Part shown: positions 53,197 to 61,870 of the stretch, piece after piece
Layout: every line of letters starts with the position of its first letter
Position numbering within the stretch: position 1 is the stretch's first letter
Origin: a virus
Direction: 5' to 3' (one strand)
Virus record (IMG/VR): IMGVR_UViG_3300029305_001279
DNA length: 64,000 nucleotides
The notes under the pieces: model-generated
Told to the model about the DNA's origin: nothing
What the model saw: only the letters and a program-made list of their open reading frames with translations
Database searches by the model: none
Position numbers and translations under genes: made by a program

Positions 53197-53261
53197 GTCG
53201 GTAAGGAAATCACCGGCGAATCCTTCACATAACCCATCATAAAGCCCACAACGAATGGAGC

Positions 53262-53720
53262 GTGAAATCATTGCAATTACTTGAAGCAATATCTGAACTA
53301 TCGATAGGAGAGCTCGTGCGCTACATCGCGCTCATCGTTGCGGGAGCTGCTGCCTTCGTAGAGAAGACATCCAAAACCATGAAGCCGCTGACAAAGCTGG
53401 CCAAAGCTATCGGCAGAGCCATCAACGGTGAACTCATGGAAAAGGTGGACAGCCTGGAACAGAAAGTCGAAAAGATGGCCCAGGAGGAGCAGCTGCAACG
53501 AGCGAAAGACGCTCGCACCCGCGTCCTCCGGTTCGGCGACGAGCTGATCCACGATGTCCGCCATACAAAAGAGCATTTCGATGATGTCCTCCGGGACATC
53601 ACCGAATATGAGAAATACTGTGACGAGCACCCGAAGTTCGAGAACGATCAGATGCACATCACAGCAGAACACATCAAGGAAACGTATCATAAGTGCTTGA
53701 AGGAGCACAGTTTTTTGTAA
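53262..53720 (+). CDS. hypothetical membrane-anchored coiled-coil protein
   Basis: 152 aa (GTG 53262 or TTG 53271); N-terminal hydrophobic LVRYIALIVAGAAAFV; sits just before the holin. Confidence 0.4.
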   Translation: MKSLQLLEAISELSIGELVRYIALIVAGAAAFVEKTSKTMKPLTKLAKAIGRAINGELMEKVDSLEQKVEKMAQEEQLQRAKDARTRVLRFGDELIHDVRHTKEHFDDVLRDITEYEKYCDEHPKFENDQMHITAEHIKETYHKCLKEHSFL

Positions 53721-53733
53721 GGAGGTATCCCAT

Positions 53734-54006
53734 ATGAAAATCAACTGGAAAGTCCGCAAAGAAAACATCCTCTTCGTCGCACAGATCATCGTATCCATCT
53801 TCGGCCCCATCCTGGCATACTTCGGTATGAACTGGGAAGACATGACCACCTGGGCAGCCATCGGCGACCTGTTCGTTCAGGCCGTCCAGAATCCCGTGGT
53901 CTGCCTGGCCGTGGCCGTCAGCGTGTTCAATGCCATCACCGATCCCACTACCAAAGGCATCGGCGACAGCCAGCGTGCGCTGACCTATGAGAAGCCTGCT
54001 GAATAA
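53734..54006 (+). CDS. holin (LL-H/phi-LC3-like family)
   Basis: 90 aa; two TM segments and NAITDPTTKGIGDSQRALTYEKP, the conserved C-terminal block of LL-H-type holins. Confidence 0.7.
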   Translation: MKINWKVRKENILFVAQIIVSIFGPILAYFGMNWEDMTTWAAIGDLFVQAVQNPVVCLAVAVSVFNAITDPTTKGIGDSQRALTYEKPAE

Positions 54007-54016
54007 TTGAAAATAC

Positions 54017-54056
54017 CGAAAACCGGCTCCCAGAACGGGGGCCGGTTTTTTGTTTA
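54017..54056 (+). terminator. rho-independent terminator
   Basis: aaaaccggctccc-agaac-gggggccggtttt followed by a T-rich run. Confidence 0.8.
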
Positions 54057-54066
54057 TTTTGCTGTG

Positions 54067-54094
54067 TTGACTTATTCCTGATTTCTGGTATAAT
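54067..54094 (+). promoter_or_regulatory. sigma-70-like promoter (cassette copy B)
   Basis: TTGACT, 16-nt spacer ending TGg (extended -10), TATAAT; leader acacagaaagaacacagcaaaacaacagggggaaaacagaATG. Confidence 0.6.
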
Positions 54095-54144
54095 GACAGT
54101 AGAAACACAGAAAGAACACAGCAAAACAACAGGGGGAAAACAGA

Positions 54145-54435
54145 ATGTTCATTTCACAAACTTTACCGCAAAAATTCGAGCTAGGCCAGGTCCTTATCAC
54201 ACCGGGAGCTCGTGACGATCTGGAACTCAAGGACGTGGCTTCCTGCCTGGTCCGTCACGCAGGCGGCGACTTCGGCGATGTGTGCGAGGAAGACAAGATG
54301 CTGAATGATGAATCAATCGTACTTGGAGACGGACGCATCATGTCGGCCTACCACGACCGCAACGGCATCAAGTTCTGGATCATCACAGAATGGGACCGCT
54401 CCGCAACGACTATCCTGCTACCGAGCGAGTATTAA
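54145..54435 (+). CDS. conserved small plasmid/phage protein (…WIITEWDRSATTILLPSEY family)
   Basis: 96 aa; H-x-x-GDFGD...D...N......G.R..S.Y......WIITE.DRS.TT.LLP.EY is a pattern I recall from small ORFs on plasmids/ICEs; function unknown. Confidence 0.5.
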   Translation: MFISQTLPQKFELGQVLITPGARDDLELKDVASCLVRHAGGDFGDVCEEDKMLNDESIVLGDGRIMSAYHDRNGIKFWIITEWDRSATTILLPSEY

Positions 54436-54449
54436 GGGAGGAAAACAAA

Positions 54450-54743
54450 ATGAGTGATCTTCACAATTACGGGCTGATTCGATTCAGCAAGAAGACCGGA
54501 AAGGTCGATACCACAATGACCGCTATTGGGCGCGGCCTGATCCAGCTCTGGGCCCTGCAGAACACGACGAAAACCAAAGCGTCTGTCATCGTAGACATTG
54601 ACGAACGCAAAGTCTTCTCCGAATACGTCGGCACAGCAGACGGATTCCCGGAGGTCAGAAAGGATCCGGAAGCATTCGAGTATGACCTGCCGGATGAACT
54701 TTTCGACATCCTCGCAGAAGAAGCAGCAAAGCGGGCCGGATAA
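54450..54743 (+). CDS. hypothetical protein
   Basis: 97 aa from ATG 54450 (SD AAGGGAGG); no family recognised. Confidence 0.45.
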   Translation: MSDLHNYGLIRFSKKTGKVDTTMTAIGRGLIQLWALQNTTKTKASVIVDIDERKVFSEYVGTADGFPEVRKDPEAFEYDLPDELFDILAEEAAKRAG

Positions 54744-54770
54744 CCGGCCCCCACCTGAAAGGAGAACTCT

Positions 54771-55016
54771 ATGACCAGAGAAGAAGTTGCAAAGAGCGCC
54801 CGCAGCCTGCTCCGGAGCGGCTACCGTTTCATTACCGAGCACGACTTAGGCGAGAAGAAGGCCCGGATCCTGAAGGGCAACGGCATCTACGCCATGTACG
54901 TCGTCGAGTACACCAGGAATGAGCAGGGCGTCTTCACAGCCAGCGCGATCCGCGTCTACGACATGGTCACCGAGATCCACCTGGGTGTCACCACCGGCGC
55001 CTACAAGGAAATCTAA
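54771..55016 (+). CDS. hypothetical protein
   Basis: 81 aa behind the hairpin + CCACCTGAAAGGAGA cassette. Confidence 0.45.
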   Translation: MTREEVAKSARSLLRSGYRFITEHDLGEKKARILKGNGIYAMYVVEYTRNEQGVFTASAIRVYDMVTEIHLGVTTGAYKEI

Positions 55017-55060
55017 ACCACCAGGGCCGGGCAACCGGCCCCACATGAAAGGAGAACACT

Positions 55061-55291
55061 ATGGAAGATATAGTTCAGATCTGGAAGCCGCAACCCACAG
55101 ACAACCTGGCATTGAAGCCCTGTCCCTTCTGCGGTAACGAGGAGATCATGTATATGCAATACAAGCACACGGCGGGCCTTCGCTGGATGGTGATGTGTAC
55201 CAAGTGTGTGGCCAGCATCGATCCCGGCTATGCACAGGAACGCCACCAGGTAGCCAAAATGTGGAACCGCAGAGCAGGCGAAAACGAATAA
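55061..55291 (+). CDS. Lar-family restriction alleviation protein
   Basis: 76 aa; LKPCPFCGNEE.......W.VMCTKCVAS.........VAKMWNRR matches the Lar family pattern (CPFCG ... C..C ... WNRR). Confidence 0.65.
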   Translation: MEDIVQIWKPQPTDNLALKPCPFCGNEEIMYMQYKHTAGLRWMVMCTKCVASIDPGYAQERHQVAKMWNRRAGENE

Positions 55292-55301
55292 AGGGAACAA
55301 C

Positions 55302-55332
55302 GGACCGGAGCTAAATGCTTCGGTCCTTTTTT
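55302..55332 (+). terminator. rho-independent terminator
   Basis: ggaccggag-ctaaatg-cttcggtcc followed by TTTTTT. Confidence 0.8.
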
Positions 55333-55347
55333 GTGCAGTATGCCAGA

Positions 55348-55375
55348 TTGATTTCTTCCATTTTTCTGGTATAAT
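55348..55375 (+). promoter_or_regulatory. sigma-70-like promoter (cassette copy C)
   Basis: TTGATT, 16-nt spacer ending TGg, TATAAT; leader cagcaaaaacacagaaacaaaacaggaggaaaacagtATG is almost identical to copy A. Confidence 0.6.
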
Positions 55376-55425
55376 TGCAGTATAACCACAGCAAAAACAC
55401 AGAAACAAAACAGGAGGAAAACAGT

Positions 55426-55782
55426 ATGGAAGACAAGTTCGTTTATATGACCGTCGATCAGGTCGAGGTGCGAAAGGCGAAGGTCGCCGCTATCGAGGGG
55501 CTGGCTGAGATCCGGGCCGCCATCGATGCCACCAAATATGTCGTGGGTGATCTCGACAAGACCAGAGACCATCTCAGGGATCTCGATGAAATGCGGGCCG
55601 CGTTCCCCAGAGCTGCCGCCTATCTGGAAGCTGAGCGGTGGATCGCCACCGAGAACCCCATCAAGGTCCGGCTGGGCTCCCGCGCTATGGAGAAGATCCT
55701 GAACGGCGAGGATCCCGAAGCTGTCATTCAGGAAATGAGCAAGGGCCTGGATGCCTTCTACCTGGCACAGCAGGGGGATTGA
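55426..55782 (+). CDS. hypothetical protein
   Basis: 118 aa from ATG 55426 (SD AGGAGG); helical; no family recognised. Confidence 0.5.
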   Translation: MEDKFVYMTVDQVEVRKAKVAAIEGLAEIRAAIDATKYVVGDLDKTRDHLRDLDEMRAAFPRAAAYLEAERWIATENPIKVRLGSRAMEKILNGEDPEAVIQEMSKGLDAFYLAQQGD

Positions 55783-55784
55783 TT

Positions 55785-55988
55785 ATGAAGTTGATTGAGC
55801 TGCACTTTCGCGGGAGTCCCAGAGCCTTTAATGTGGCTAACATCAATGTCGTAGCTCCCATCGTCATACCGGAAGGAGAAAGGACACCGGGTACAGGTAG
55901 ATCCAAAGTATGGATGGTCGGCGACCAAGAGGAATGGACGGTAGATGAAAGCTACGATGATATTTTACGAATGATTCCGGAGGACTGA
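55785..55988 (+). CDS. hypothetical small protein
   Basis: 67 aa from ATG 55785 (SD GGGGGA). Confidence 0.4.
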   Translation: MKLIELHFRGSPRAFNVANINVVAPIVIPEGERTPGTGRSKVWMVGDQEEWTVDESYDDILRMIPED

Positions 55989-55990
55989 CC

Positions 55991-56329
55991 ATGGATATCA
56001 GAGCAAAGCTGATTGAGCTGTATTGCGAGGTTGAACAACTGCGTTATCTGCGAAAGGGCGTAGCAGAATGTGTTGACATCCTGATTGCCAACGGTGTGAC
56101 GGTGCAGCGGTGGATCCCGGTAACGGAGCGGCTGCCGGACAAGGAGCTCTTGGAGTACCAGAAGAAATATGACCAGGACAACATGGAAGTTCTGGTCATG
56201 ATTAAAGGAGCCAAGGAGGCAACCACGCTGTACTACGACAATGAAGGCGACTTTATTGACGAAAACGACGATGCGTGGCTGGTCACCCACTGGCAGCCTA
56301 TGCCGAAGCCGCCGAAGGAGGATGAATGA
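55991..56329 (+). CDS. DUF551-like protein
   Basis: 112 aa; RWIPVTERLPDKE...VLVMIKG...WLVTHWQPMPKPP fits the DUF551 pattern. Confidence 0.55.
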   Translation: MDIRAKLIELYCEVEQLRYLRKGVAECVDILIANGVTVQRWIPVTERLPDKELLEYQKKYDQDNMEVLVMIKGAKEATTLYYDNEGDFIDENDDAWLVTHWQPMPKPPKEDE

Positions 56330-56562
56330 TGGAGGCAACGTGTAAGCTCGGCTCAAAGGGCTGTTTCACCGACGGCAAGTGCCGATACGATAAGGACTGC
56401 GAGAACAAGGTCTTCACCATCGCCGACCGGATCCGCGCCATGAACGACGACGAGCTGCGGAATTTCCTGTGCGGCCTGATGAATTGTTCCGGCTGCACCT
56501 TTGGAAGTTCCAGCGGCTGCACACTGAAAGAATGGCTCCAGATGCCATCGAAGGAGGACTGA
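56326..56562 (+). CDS. Cys-rich small protein (ADRIRAMNDDEL family)
   Basis: 78 aa; shares ADRIR[SA]M[SN]D[ED]EL[AR][DN]F and 16 identical nt (cgccgaccggatccgc) with 9151-9166. Confidence 0.45.
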   Translation: MMEATCKLGSKGCFTDGKCRYDKDCENKVFTIADRIRAMNDDELRNFLCGLMNCSGCTFGSSSGCTLKEWLQMPSKED

Positions 56563-56564
56563 CC

Positions 56565-57266
56565 ATGTACTACGAAGATGATTTTTACTACGAACCCAGC
56601 GAATTTGACCAGCAGGTCGAGGAGTTCAAGGCAAGCCTGATAAAGTCCGTCAAAGAGGAATTCTTGCAGCGGATGGATGCTCTTGAAAAGGAGAACGCCG
56701 CCCTGCGGGAGTTCCGGGATCAGAAGGCCGCCGTCATCCGAGATTGCGAAGCCAAGGTTGCAGCAGCGCAGAGAGAGGCCCGGATGGCTGAGGAGAAGTG
56801 GAAGAAAGCAAGGCTCCATCAGCTCCTGGGCGACTTCCTGACGGTGGGCTGGAAGGTCGGCTATGAGAACGAGATGGAGCCAAAATGCGACAAATGTGAC
56901 GAGCACAGATATCTTCACTTTTTGTCTCCGCAGGGCAATAAGTGCAAGGAAATGTGTAATTGCGCAAGGTACAAAACCCGGTACTTCCCGAAAGAAGCCA
57001 TTCTTTCAAAAATCTATGTCCGAAAGAGGGACTTTCGATCTGATGTTGATTTCGACCGTCTTAATAGGTACTATACCGTCGAAAGAAGTGACCGGGACGA
57101 ATACGACAGATATGAGGCGACTTCGGATGTTTACGAATCCGGCTTCGCATGTGAGAAAGTCGGAAATCAATACCGAGCGGTCTTTCTTACTGAGGAGGAT
57201 TGCCAGCGGTACTGCGACTGGCTGAATGAGCAGGAAGCCAAAAAGCGGGCGAAGGAGGAAGTATGA
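56565..57266 (+). CDS. hypothetical coiled-coil / Cys-cluster protein
   Basis: 233 aa from ATG 56565 behind AAGGAGGACTGACC; CDKCDEH...C..MCNC. Confidence 0.5.
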   Translation: MYYEDDFYYEPSEFDQQVEEFKASLIKSVKEEFLQRMDALEKENAALREFRDQKAAVIRDCEAKVAAAQREARMAEEKWKKARLHQLLGDFLTVGWKVGYENEMEPKCDKCDEHRYLHFLSPQGNKCKEMCNCARYKTRYFPKEAILSKIYVRKRDFRSDVDFDRLNRYYTVERSDRDEYDRYEATSDVYESGFACEKVGNQYRAVFLTEEDCQRYCDWLNEQEAKKRAKEEV

Positions 57267-57883
57267 GTTATTCAAGTTTATGGGGCATCGACAAAAATTG
57301 GAGCGGAAAGCGGCTTACTGAATATCACAACAGTTGGCTGTTCTGCCCAATTACATGGAATGTTCTTCTGTGCAAGTATATCAAGCCGGAAGAACGAACT
57401 GGCTATGGCCGTGTATGGACGAACTATATGTCCTGGGTCGGGATTTGTGACAGTGCGACCGCAGATAAAAAATGGCGGATGCTGAACGAGCGGATCAATA
57501 ACAGCGGCATCCAACCTGACCGAGTTTTGTGGGATCTGTCGCAGCTCGGCGTGTTCGATGCAAAAGACAAGGACTTCGTTGCCGAGTGCATCGACAAGTT
57601 TGTTGAAAACAACATTGTCGGTAACCCGGAATATCAAGAAAGCGACCATATCATTGAGCGGTTCCACAAGGTTGCGGAGGACATCAGAAACCTTCCCCGG
57701 CGGTTCAAATACTTTGTCATCAAAGGAACGAGCGTTGACGACGAAGTGGAACGGTGGTTCTACCGAAAGCGGTTGTGCTCATGGAAAGAGTTCGTTTGCT
57801 ACTTTACTGTGATTGAAAATCAGAAGGTGGTAGGATATGCGACGAACCTTCAAATGTGCAAAGGAGAGTCTAACAATGGGTGA
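57263..57883 (+). CDS. hypothetical protein
   Basis: 206 aa; ATGA overlap with the upstream gene; lower GC than neighbours. Confidence 0.5.
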   Translation: MSYSSLWGIDKNWSGKRLTEYHNSWLFCPITWNVLLCKYIKPEERTGYGRVWTNYMSWVGICDSATADKKWRMLNERINNSGIQPDRVLWDLSQLGVFDAKDKDFVAECIDKFVENNIVGNPEYQESDHIIERFHKVAEDIRNLPRRFKYFVIKGTSVDDEVERWFYRKRLCSWKEFVCYFTVIENQKVVGYATNLQMCKGESNNG

Positions 57884-58037
57884 ACGTGTAGAAATGCGCT
57901 TCATGGACGATCCCGCGACTTTATGCCGGGTATATATGTTTAGAGTCCATGTATCCAAGACGAGGCTGCTCAACAAATACGTGGCCCTCTGGTACATCGT
58001 GAAGTATTTGTGGAAGGTGGTGCGCCATGGACGATAA
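57876..58037 (+). CDS. possible 53-aa protein
   Basis: ATG 57876 behind AAAGGAG; hydrophobic/basic. Confidence 0.3.
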   Translation: MGERVEMRFMDDPATLCRVYMFRVHVSKTRLLNKYVALWYIVKYLWKVVRHGR

Positions 58038-58194
58038 GTACCCCTACCGAGTCTACGACAGCACCGGAGCGCAGGTGCTGTATGCCCCGGCGGATTGCCG
58101 GCACGATAAGAAAACCGAACAGAGCCTCCTGGAGAGCGGGCACACCATCAAGCTCCACGGGAAGCGGATCACGAAGAAGGAGATTAAATCATGA
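58027..58194 (+). CDS. possible 55-aa protein
   Basis: MDDKYPYRVYDSTGAQVLYAPADCRHDKKTEQSLLESGHTIKLHGKRITKKEIKS; ATGA-coupled to the next gene; more protein-like than the overlapping track ORF 58010..58198. Confidence 0.35.
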   Translation: MDDKYPYRVYDSTGAQVLYAPADCRHDKKTEQSLLESGHTIKLHGKRITKKEIKS

Positions 58195-58493
58195 ATAAGC
58201 CCAGAGAAAGAAGCCCCTATGCCGGTTGCGATGTGAAAACCCGCCCTGATGTCGGCAAGGATCCCATGAGCGGCAGAGACCTCGGAAACCAGGTATTCCG
58301 GGTCGAGGACTGGTGGGAAAATGTGTACGGCCGCTCCTGGATGGTTGCAAACGGCAACCCCGCTGCCATGTTCTATGGCATCCGCACCGGACTGCGAGGT
58401 TGCGTTCCTACCGATAACGAAGTCCTTTACGGTAAGATCGATGGCCTGGGCTACCTGTTCCATGTGTCTGAGCTGTGTCTTGAGGAGGACTGA
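58191..58493 (+). CDS. hypothetical protein
   Basis: 100 aa; no family recognised. Confidence 0.45.
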   Translation: MNKPRERSPYAGCDVKTRPDVGKDPMSGRDLGNQVFRVEDWWENVYGRSWMVANGNPAAMFYGIRTGLRGCVPTDNEVLYGKIDGLGYLFHVSELCLEED

Positions 58494-58495
58494 CC

Positions 58496-58654
58496 ATGGA
58501 AGAACTTAAAAGCCAGCTCGCGGCAATGTGTGAGAGCAAGCTGGCCTATTGCGACATCGTGGACGAATGCCGTGAAACCGTCGATTTCGGTCTGATAATC
58601 GGTGTTCTCTTTGACTGTCTGGCCGATATGATGCGAAGCAAGGAGGTGAACTAA
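58496..58654 (+). CDS. possible 52-aa protein
   Basis: ATG 58496 behind GAGGAGGACTGACC; MEELKSQLAAMCESKLAYCDIVDECRET... Confidence 0.3.
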   Translation: MEELKSQLAAMCESKLAYCDIVDECRETVDFGLIIGVLFDCLADMMRSKEVN

Positions 58655-58657
58655 CCA

Positions 58658-59014
58658 TTGAGTTATGATATTTCGTTCCGAGTAAAGGTCGAGGGCGTGG
58701 ACAAATACGTTGATGTCGGTACCTGTGATGCAAATATCACATGGAATGTCAGAAAGATTATTGAACTGTCTACTGGTTTGCCGTGGGTCAACGAAGCAAA
58801 CAACGGCCGTTGCGTTGATGTGATTCCCAAAATCGAACAGGGCTTACGGGAGTTGAGAAGAAATCCGCAGAAGTACAAACCATACGAAGCAAGCAATGGC
58901 TGGGGCACTGTACAAGGAACTATCCGTTTCTATGAAACAATCCTTGCAGCGTGGGATGAATTTATCAGATGGCATGAAGAACTTGTGCCAGTAGCAACCT
59001 TTTGGATTATATAG
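58658..59014 (+). CDS. hypothetical protein
   Basis: 118 aa, TTG start 9 nt after AAGGAGGTG. Confidence 0.4.
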   Translation: MSYDISFRVKVEGVDKYVDVGTCDANITWNVRKIIELSTGLPWVNEANNGRCVDVIPKIEQGLRELRRNPQKYKPYEASNGWGTVQGTIRFYETILAAWDEFIRWHEELVPVATFWII

Positions 59015-59031
59015 AAACGGGAGGACTGACC

Positions 59032-59511
59032 ATGCGTGAGATTTTATTCCGTGGCAAGGCAACAAACAGAATCGAAGGGCGTCCGTACAGAACAAACTAC
59101 AAGAACGGTGACTGGGTCTTTGGTCTGCTGACCGATGTATTAAACTATGCTGGTTTTTCTGAAATGACCAACACAAACGGTGTCAGCGGCATCGAGGTAG
59201 ATCCTGAAACAGTAGGCCAGTTTACCGGAAAGACTGCCAGGAATGGTGTGAAGATCTTCGAGGGCGATATTGTCAAAGCGAAGGTTATACAGAACACCGG
59301 CAGTGAGGTCCGCAAATATACGGAAGTATATGTTGTTGCATATCACCCGAAGTTTTGTTACTTCTACCTTAAAAGGGAGGGAAACAATCTATTGTTCGAT
59401 GGCAACTGGGCCTATGGGGTATTTATCGAGGAGGTCATCGGCAACATCCACGACAACCCGGAGCTTCTGACGAAAAATTCTGCCATTGACTCGCCACTTG
59501 CCAAGCCATAG
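59032..59511 (+). CDS. YopX-family protein
   Basis: 159 aa from ATG 59032; MREILFRGK....GDWVFG.......VDPETVGQFTGKTARNGVKIFEGDIV....IGNIHDNPELL is the YopX pattern. Confidence 0.7.
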   Translation: MREILFRGKATNRIEGRPYRTNYKNGDWVFGLLTDVLNYAGFSEMTNTNGVSGIEVDPETVGQFTGKTARNGVKIFEGDIVKAKVIQNTGSEVRKYTEVYVVAYHPKFCYFYLKREGNNLLFDGNWAYGVFIEEVIGNIHDNPELLTKNSAIDSPLAKP

Positions 59512-59536
59512 AATGTTCTTATAATAACCAATTCCA

Positions 59537-59584
59537 CAGAATATTCTGAACATTATTGACTTTTTCATTCTATTCTGATATAAT
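59537..59584 (+). promoter_or_regulatory. promoter with adjacent 12-bp palindromic operator candidate
   Basis: CAGAATATTCTG (59537-59548), then TTGACT (59556), 17-nt spacer containing ATTCTG, TATAAT (59579). Confidence 0.5.
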
Positions 59585-59651
59585 AATCACGTTAAGTGTG
59601 TGCGAGACATTTGACGAATTTTATATTTGTTAAAATCCGCAGGGGGAAAGT

Positions 59652-60359
59652 ATGCTCGCACCATACAAGTACCTTTGCGGTTTTTTTATTGAGGTTTGTA
59701 TGTCAAAGCCCATGATCGATTTAACAGGACAACGATTTGGTCGTCTCTCTGTAATTAGGCGTGACGATTCACGTAAAAATGCTGCTTACTGGCTGTGCAG
59801 GTGTGACTGCGGAAATGAGAAGGTAGTACAAGGGTGCCATCTAAGAAGCGGAGCTACCGTCAGTTGCGGATGCCTTCACATGGAGAACGCATACAAGAGC
59901 AACTGGTCTACGCACGGATGCTACAAAACAAGGCTCTATACGGAATGGATCAGTATGAAAGGTCGCTGCACCAATAAGAAAAACCATCGATATCCTGACT
60001 ACGGCGGCCGGGGCATTAAGGTATGCCCTGAGTGGCTGGACAGCTTCGAGGCTTTCCGGGATTGGGCTCTTGCTAATGGATACCGGGACGACTTAACCAT
60101 TGAGAGGAAAGACGTCAACGGAGATTACTGCCCTTCAAATTGCTGTTGGGTAACTCAAAAAGTACAACAAAACAATAGAAGAAACAACCACTACCTTACC
60201 CACCAAGGAAGGACACAAACCATCAAACAATGGGCCGAAGAAACTGGAATAAATGAAGTGGCTATTTATTCCAGAATAAATAAACTCGGATGGTCTCCGG
60301 AAAGAGCCCTTACAGAACCCATAAACAACCCAAAACAACCAAATCGAAAACCCCACTAG
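59652..60359 (+). CDS. phage zinc-ribbon/AP2-like DNA-binding protein
   Basis: 235 aa (alternative ATG at 59700); LTGQRFGRLSVI.....WLCRCDCGNEKVV....L.SG...SCGC, then Y.EW..MKGRC.N......Y..YGGRGIKVCPEW, a pattern common in phage AP2/HNH-associated proteins. Confidence 0.5.
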   Translation: MLAPYKYLCGFFIEVCMSKPMIDLTGQRFGRLSVIRRDDSRKNAAYWLCRCDCGNEKVVQGCHLRSGATVSCGCLHMENAYKSNWSTHGCYKTRLYTEWISMKGRCTNKKNHRYPDYGGRGIKVCPEWLDSFEAFRDWALANGYRDDLTIERKDVNGDYCPSNCCWVTQKVQQNNRRNNHYLTHQGRTQTIKQWAEETGINEVAIYSRINKLGWSPERALTEPINNPKQPNRKPH

Positions 60360-60461
60360 GAAGGGGTATGTGAATATCCTGTTGATAACTGTGGAGAACC
60401 GGGCCACCAAGGACAGTTCTCCACATTCCTAACAGATTTTTCCACACCGAAAGGAGAACCT

Positions 60462-61118
60462 ATGCACCATGACTGTTTTGCCTGGGTGCGTCTGCTCCTG
60501 CTTGTCATCCTGATTATGGTGTTTGCACTCTGGTGCAACGTCATGGAGGCACGCATCCAAATGGAGCAGCATGAGCCGGAGGAGCCGGTTCAGAAGCAAC
60601 CCATCTACATTGCCCAGGCGCAAACCCCTGCAATTATCCCCCTGAAAGCTGAGCCGGCACCAGAGCCGACGATCAGCAATCCCATGGAAGAAATCACGCC
60701 ACCCACAGAAGAGGCTACAGAGCCGCCCACAGAGCCTGAAACTACATACACCGCCGAGGAACTGGAGATGCTGGCCCTGGTCATTTACCAGGAAGCCGGA
60801 GCCGACTGGTGCTCCGATGATACCCGCCTGATGGTCGGTACCGTCGTGATGAACCGCATCGCAGATCCCCGATTCCCTGACACCATGTACGACGTGGTCA
60901 CGGAGGAGCGCGCATACGGAGAGCTGCACTGGACCGGCATTGTCTGGCCTGCCCGGGCAAGCCATCAGACCGAGGCCCATGCCGTCGAGCGGGCATATGC
61001 CATCGCCGAGCGGATCCTGCTGGGCGAGCGCAGCTTGCCGGAGGATGTCATCTTCCAGAGCGAGTACATCATGGGCGAGATCGTGGCCTATTCTGACGGT
61101 ATGTACTTCTGCCGCTGA
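60462..61118 (+). CDS. SleB/CwlJ-family cell wall hydrolase with N-terminal membrane anchor
   Basis: 218 aa; LALVIYQEAGADWCSDDTRLMVGTVVMNRIADPRFPDTMYDVV matches the Hydrolase_2 core; N-terminal TM LLLLVILIMVFALW. Confidence 0.7.
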   Translation: MHHDCFAWVRLLLLVILIMVFALWCNVMEARIQMEQHEPEEPVQKQPIYIAQAQTPAIIPLKAEPAPEPTISNPMEEITPPTEEATEPPTEPETTYTAEELEMLALVIYQEAGADWCSDDTRLMVGTVVMNRIADPRFPDTMYDVVTEERAYGELHWTGIVWPARASHQTEAHAVERAYAIAERILLGERSLPEDVIFQSEYIMGEIVAYSDGMYFCR

Positions 61119-61217
61119 GACGCATCGAGTGACCGACTACCCATCAAAAGTGCTTTTCGATTCGTCTGAGAGCGAATCTGCAACACCCATAATATTACAT
61201 ACAGGAGGAAAACCCCT

Positions 61218-61736
61218 ATGCTCAATCACATTACCATCATGGGTCGCCTGACAAGGGACCCGGAGCTGCGCCGCACTGGATCCGGAGTCGCCGTGGCCAG
61301 CTTCACCGTGGCCGTTGACCGGGACTTCGGCGGACAGGACGGCCAGAAGGAAACCGACTTCATCGACTGCGTGGCATGGCGTAATACCGGCGAGTTTGTG
61401 TCCAAGTATTTCACCAAGGGCCGCATGATCGTCGTCGATGGCCGCCTTCAGATCCGCAGCTGGAATGATAAGGACGGCAACAAGCGCCGCACCGCTGAGG
61501 TCGTCGCAGAACACTGCTACTTCGGTGACAGTAAGCACGACGACAACCAAGGCAACCAGGGCGGCTACTCTGCACCTGCTGGTGGCTACTCTGCACCGTC
61601 TACCGGTTATAGCGCACCTGCCGGAAACTACGGCACCGGCGGACAGTACGGCGGCTATGGTGGCGGCTACGCATCTCCCGCAGCACCGGCTGGTGACTAT
61701 GCCATGCTGGAGGATGAAGGAGAACTGCCCTTCTGA
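61218..61736 (+). CDS. ssb: single-stranded DNA-binding protein
   Basis: 172 aa; MLNHITIMGRLTRDPELRRT..G.AVASFTVAVDR....TDFIDCVAWRNTGEFVSKYF.KG..I.V.GRLQ.RSW, Gly/Tyr-rich tail, acidic tip DEGELPF. Confidence 0.9.
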   Translation: MLNHITIMGRLTRDPELRRTGSGVAVASFTVAVDRDFGGQDGQKETDFIDCVAWRNTGEFVSKYFTKGRMIVVDGRLQIRSWNDKDGNKRRTAEVVAEHCYFGDSKHDDNQGNQGGYSAPAGGYSAPSTGYSAPAGNYGTGGQYGGYGGGYASPAAPAGDYAMLEDEGELPF

Positions 61737-61770
61737 TACTGTTCTATGTTATAGAACACATAACACCGAA

Positions 61771-61801
61771 AGGGAGACGAAAAATCGTCTCCCTTTTTTT
61801 G
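61771..61801 (+). terminator. rho-independent terminator
   Basis: agggagacga-aaaa-tcgtctccct followed by TTTTTTT. Confidence 0.85.
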
Positions 61802-61803
61802 CG

Positions 61804-61832
61804 TTGACAAACACAGAATTTAACAGTAAAAT
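61804..61832 (+). promoter_or_regulatory. sigma-70-like promoter of the par operon
   Basis: TTGACA, 17 nt, TAAAAT; the spacer contains CACAGAAT. Confidence 0.55.
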
Positions 61833-61870
61833 TACAGCATGAAAACAGAATAACCACGGAATGGAAGGGG

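Noticed and set aside
58010-58198. Track ORF 58010..58198 (62 aa)
   Set aside because: The product is Arg/Ser/Pro/Thr-rich, typical of an off-frame reading. The alternative 55-aa frame from ATG 58027 has an SD, a balanced composition and an ATGA coupling to the next gene.
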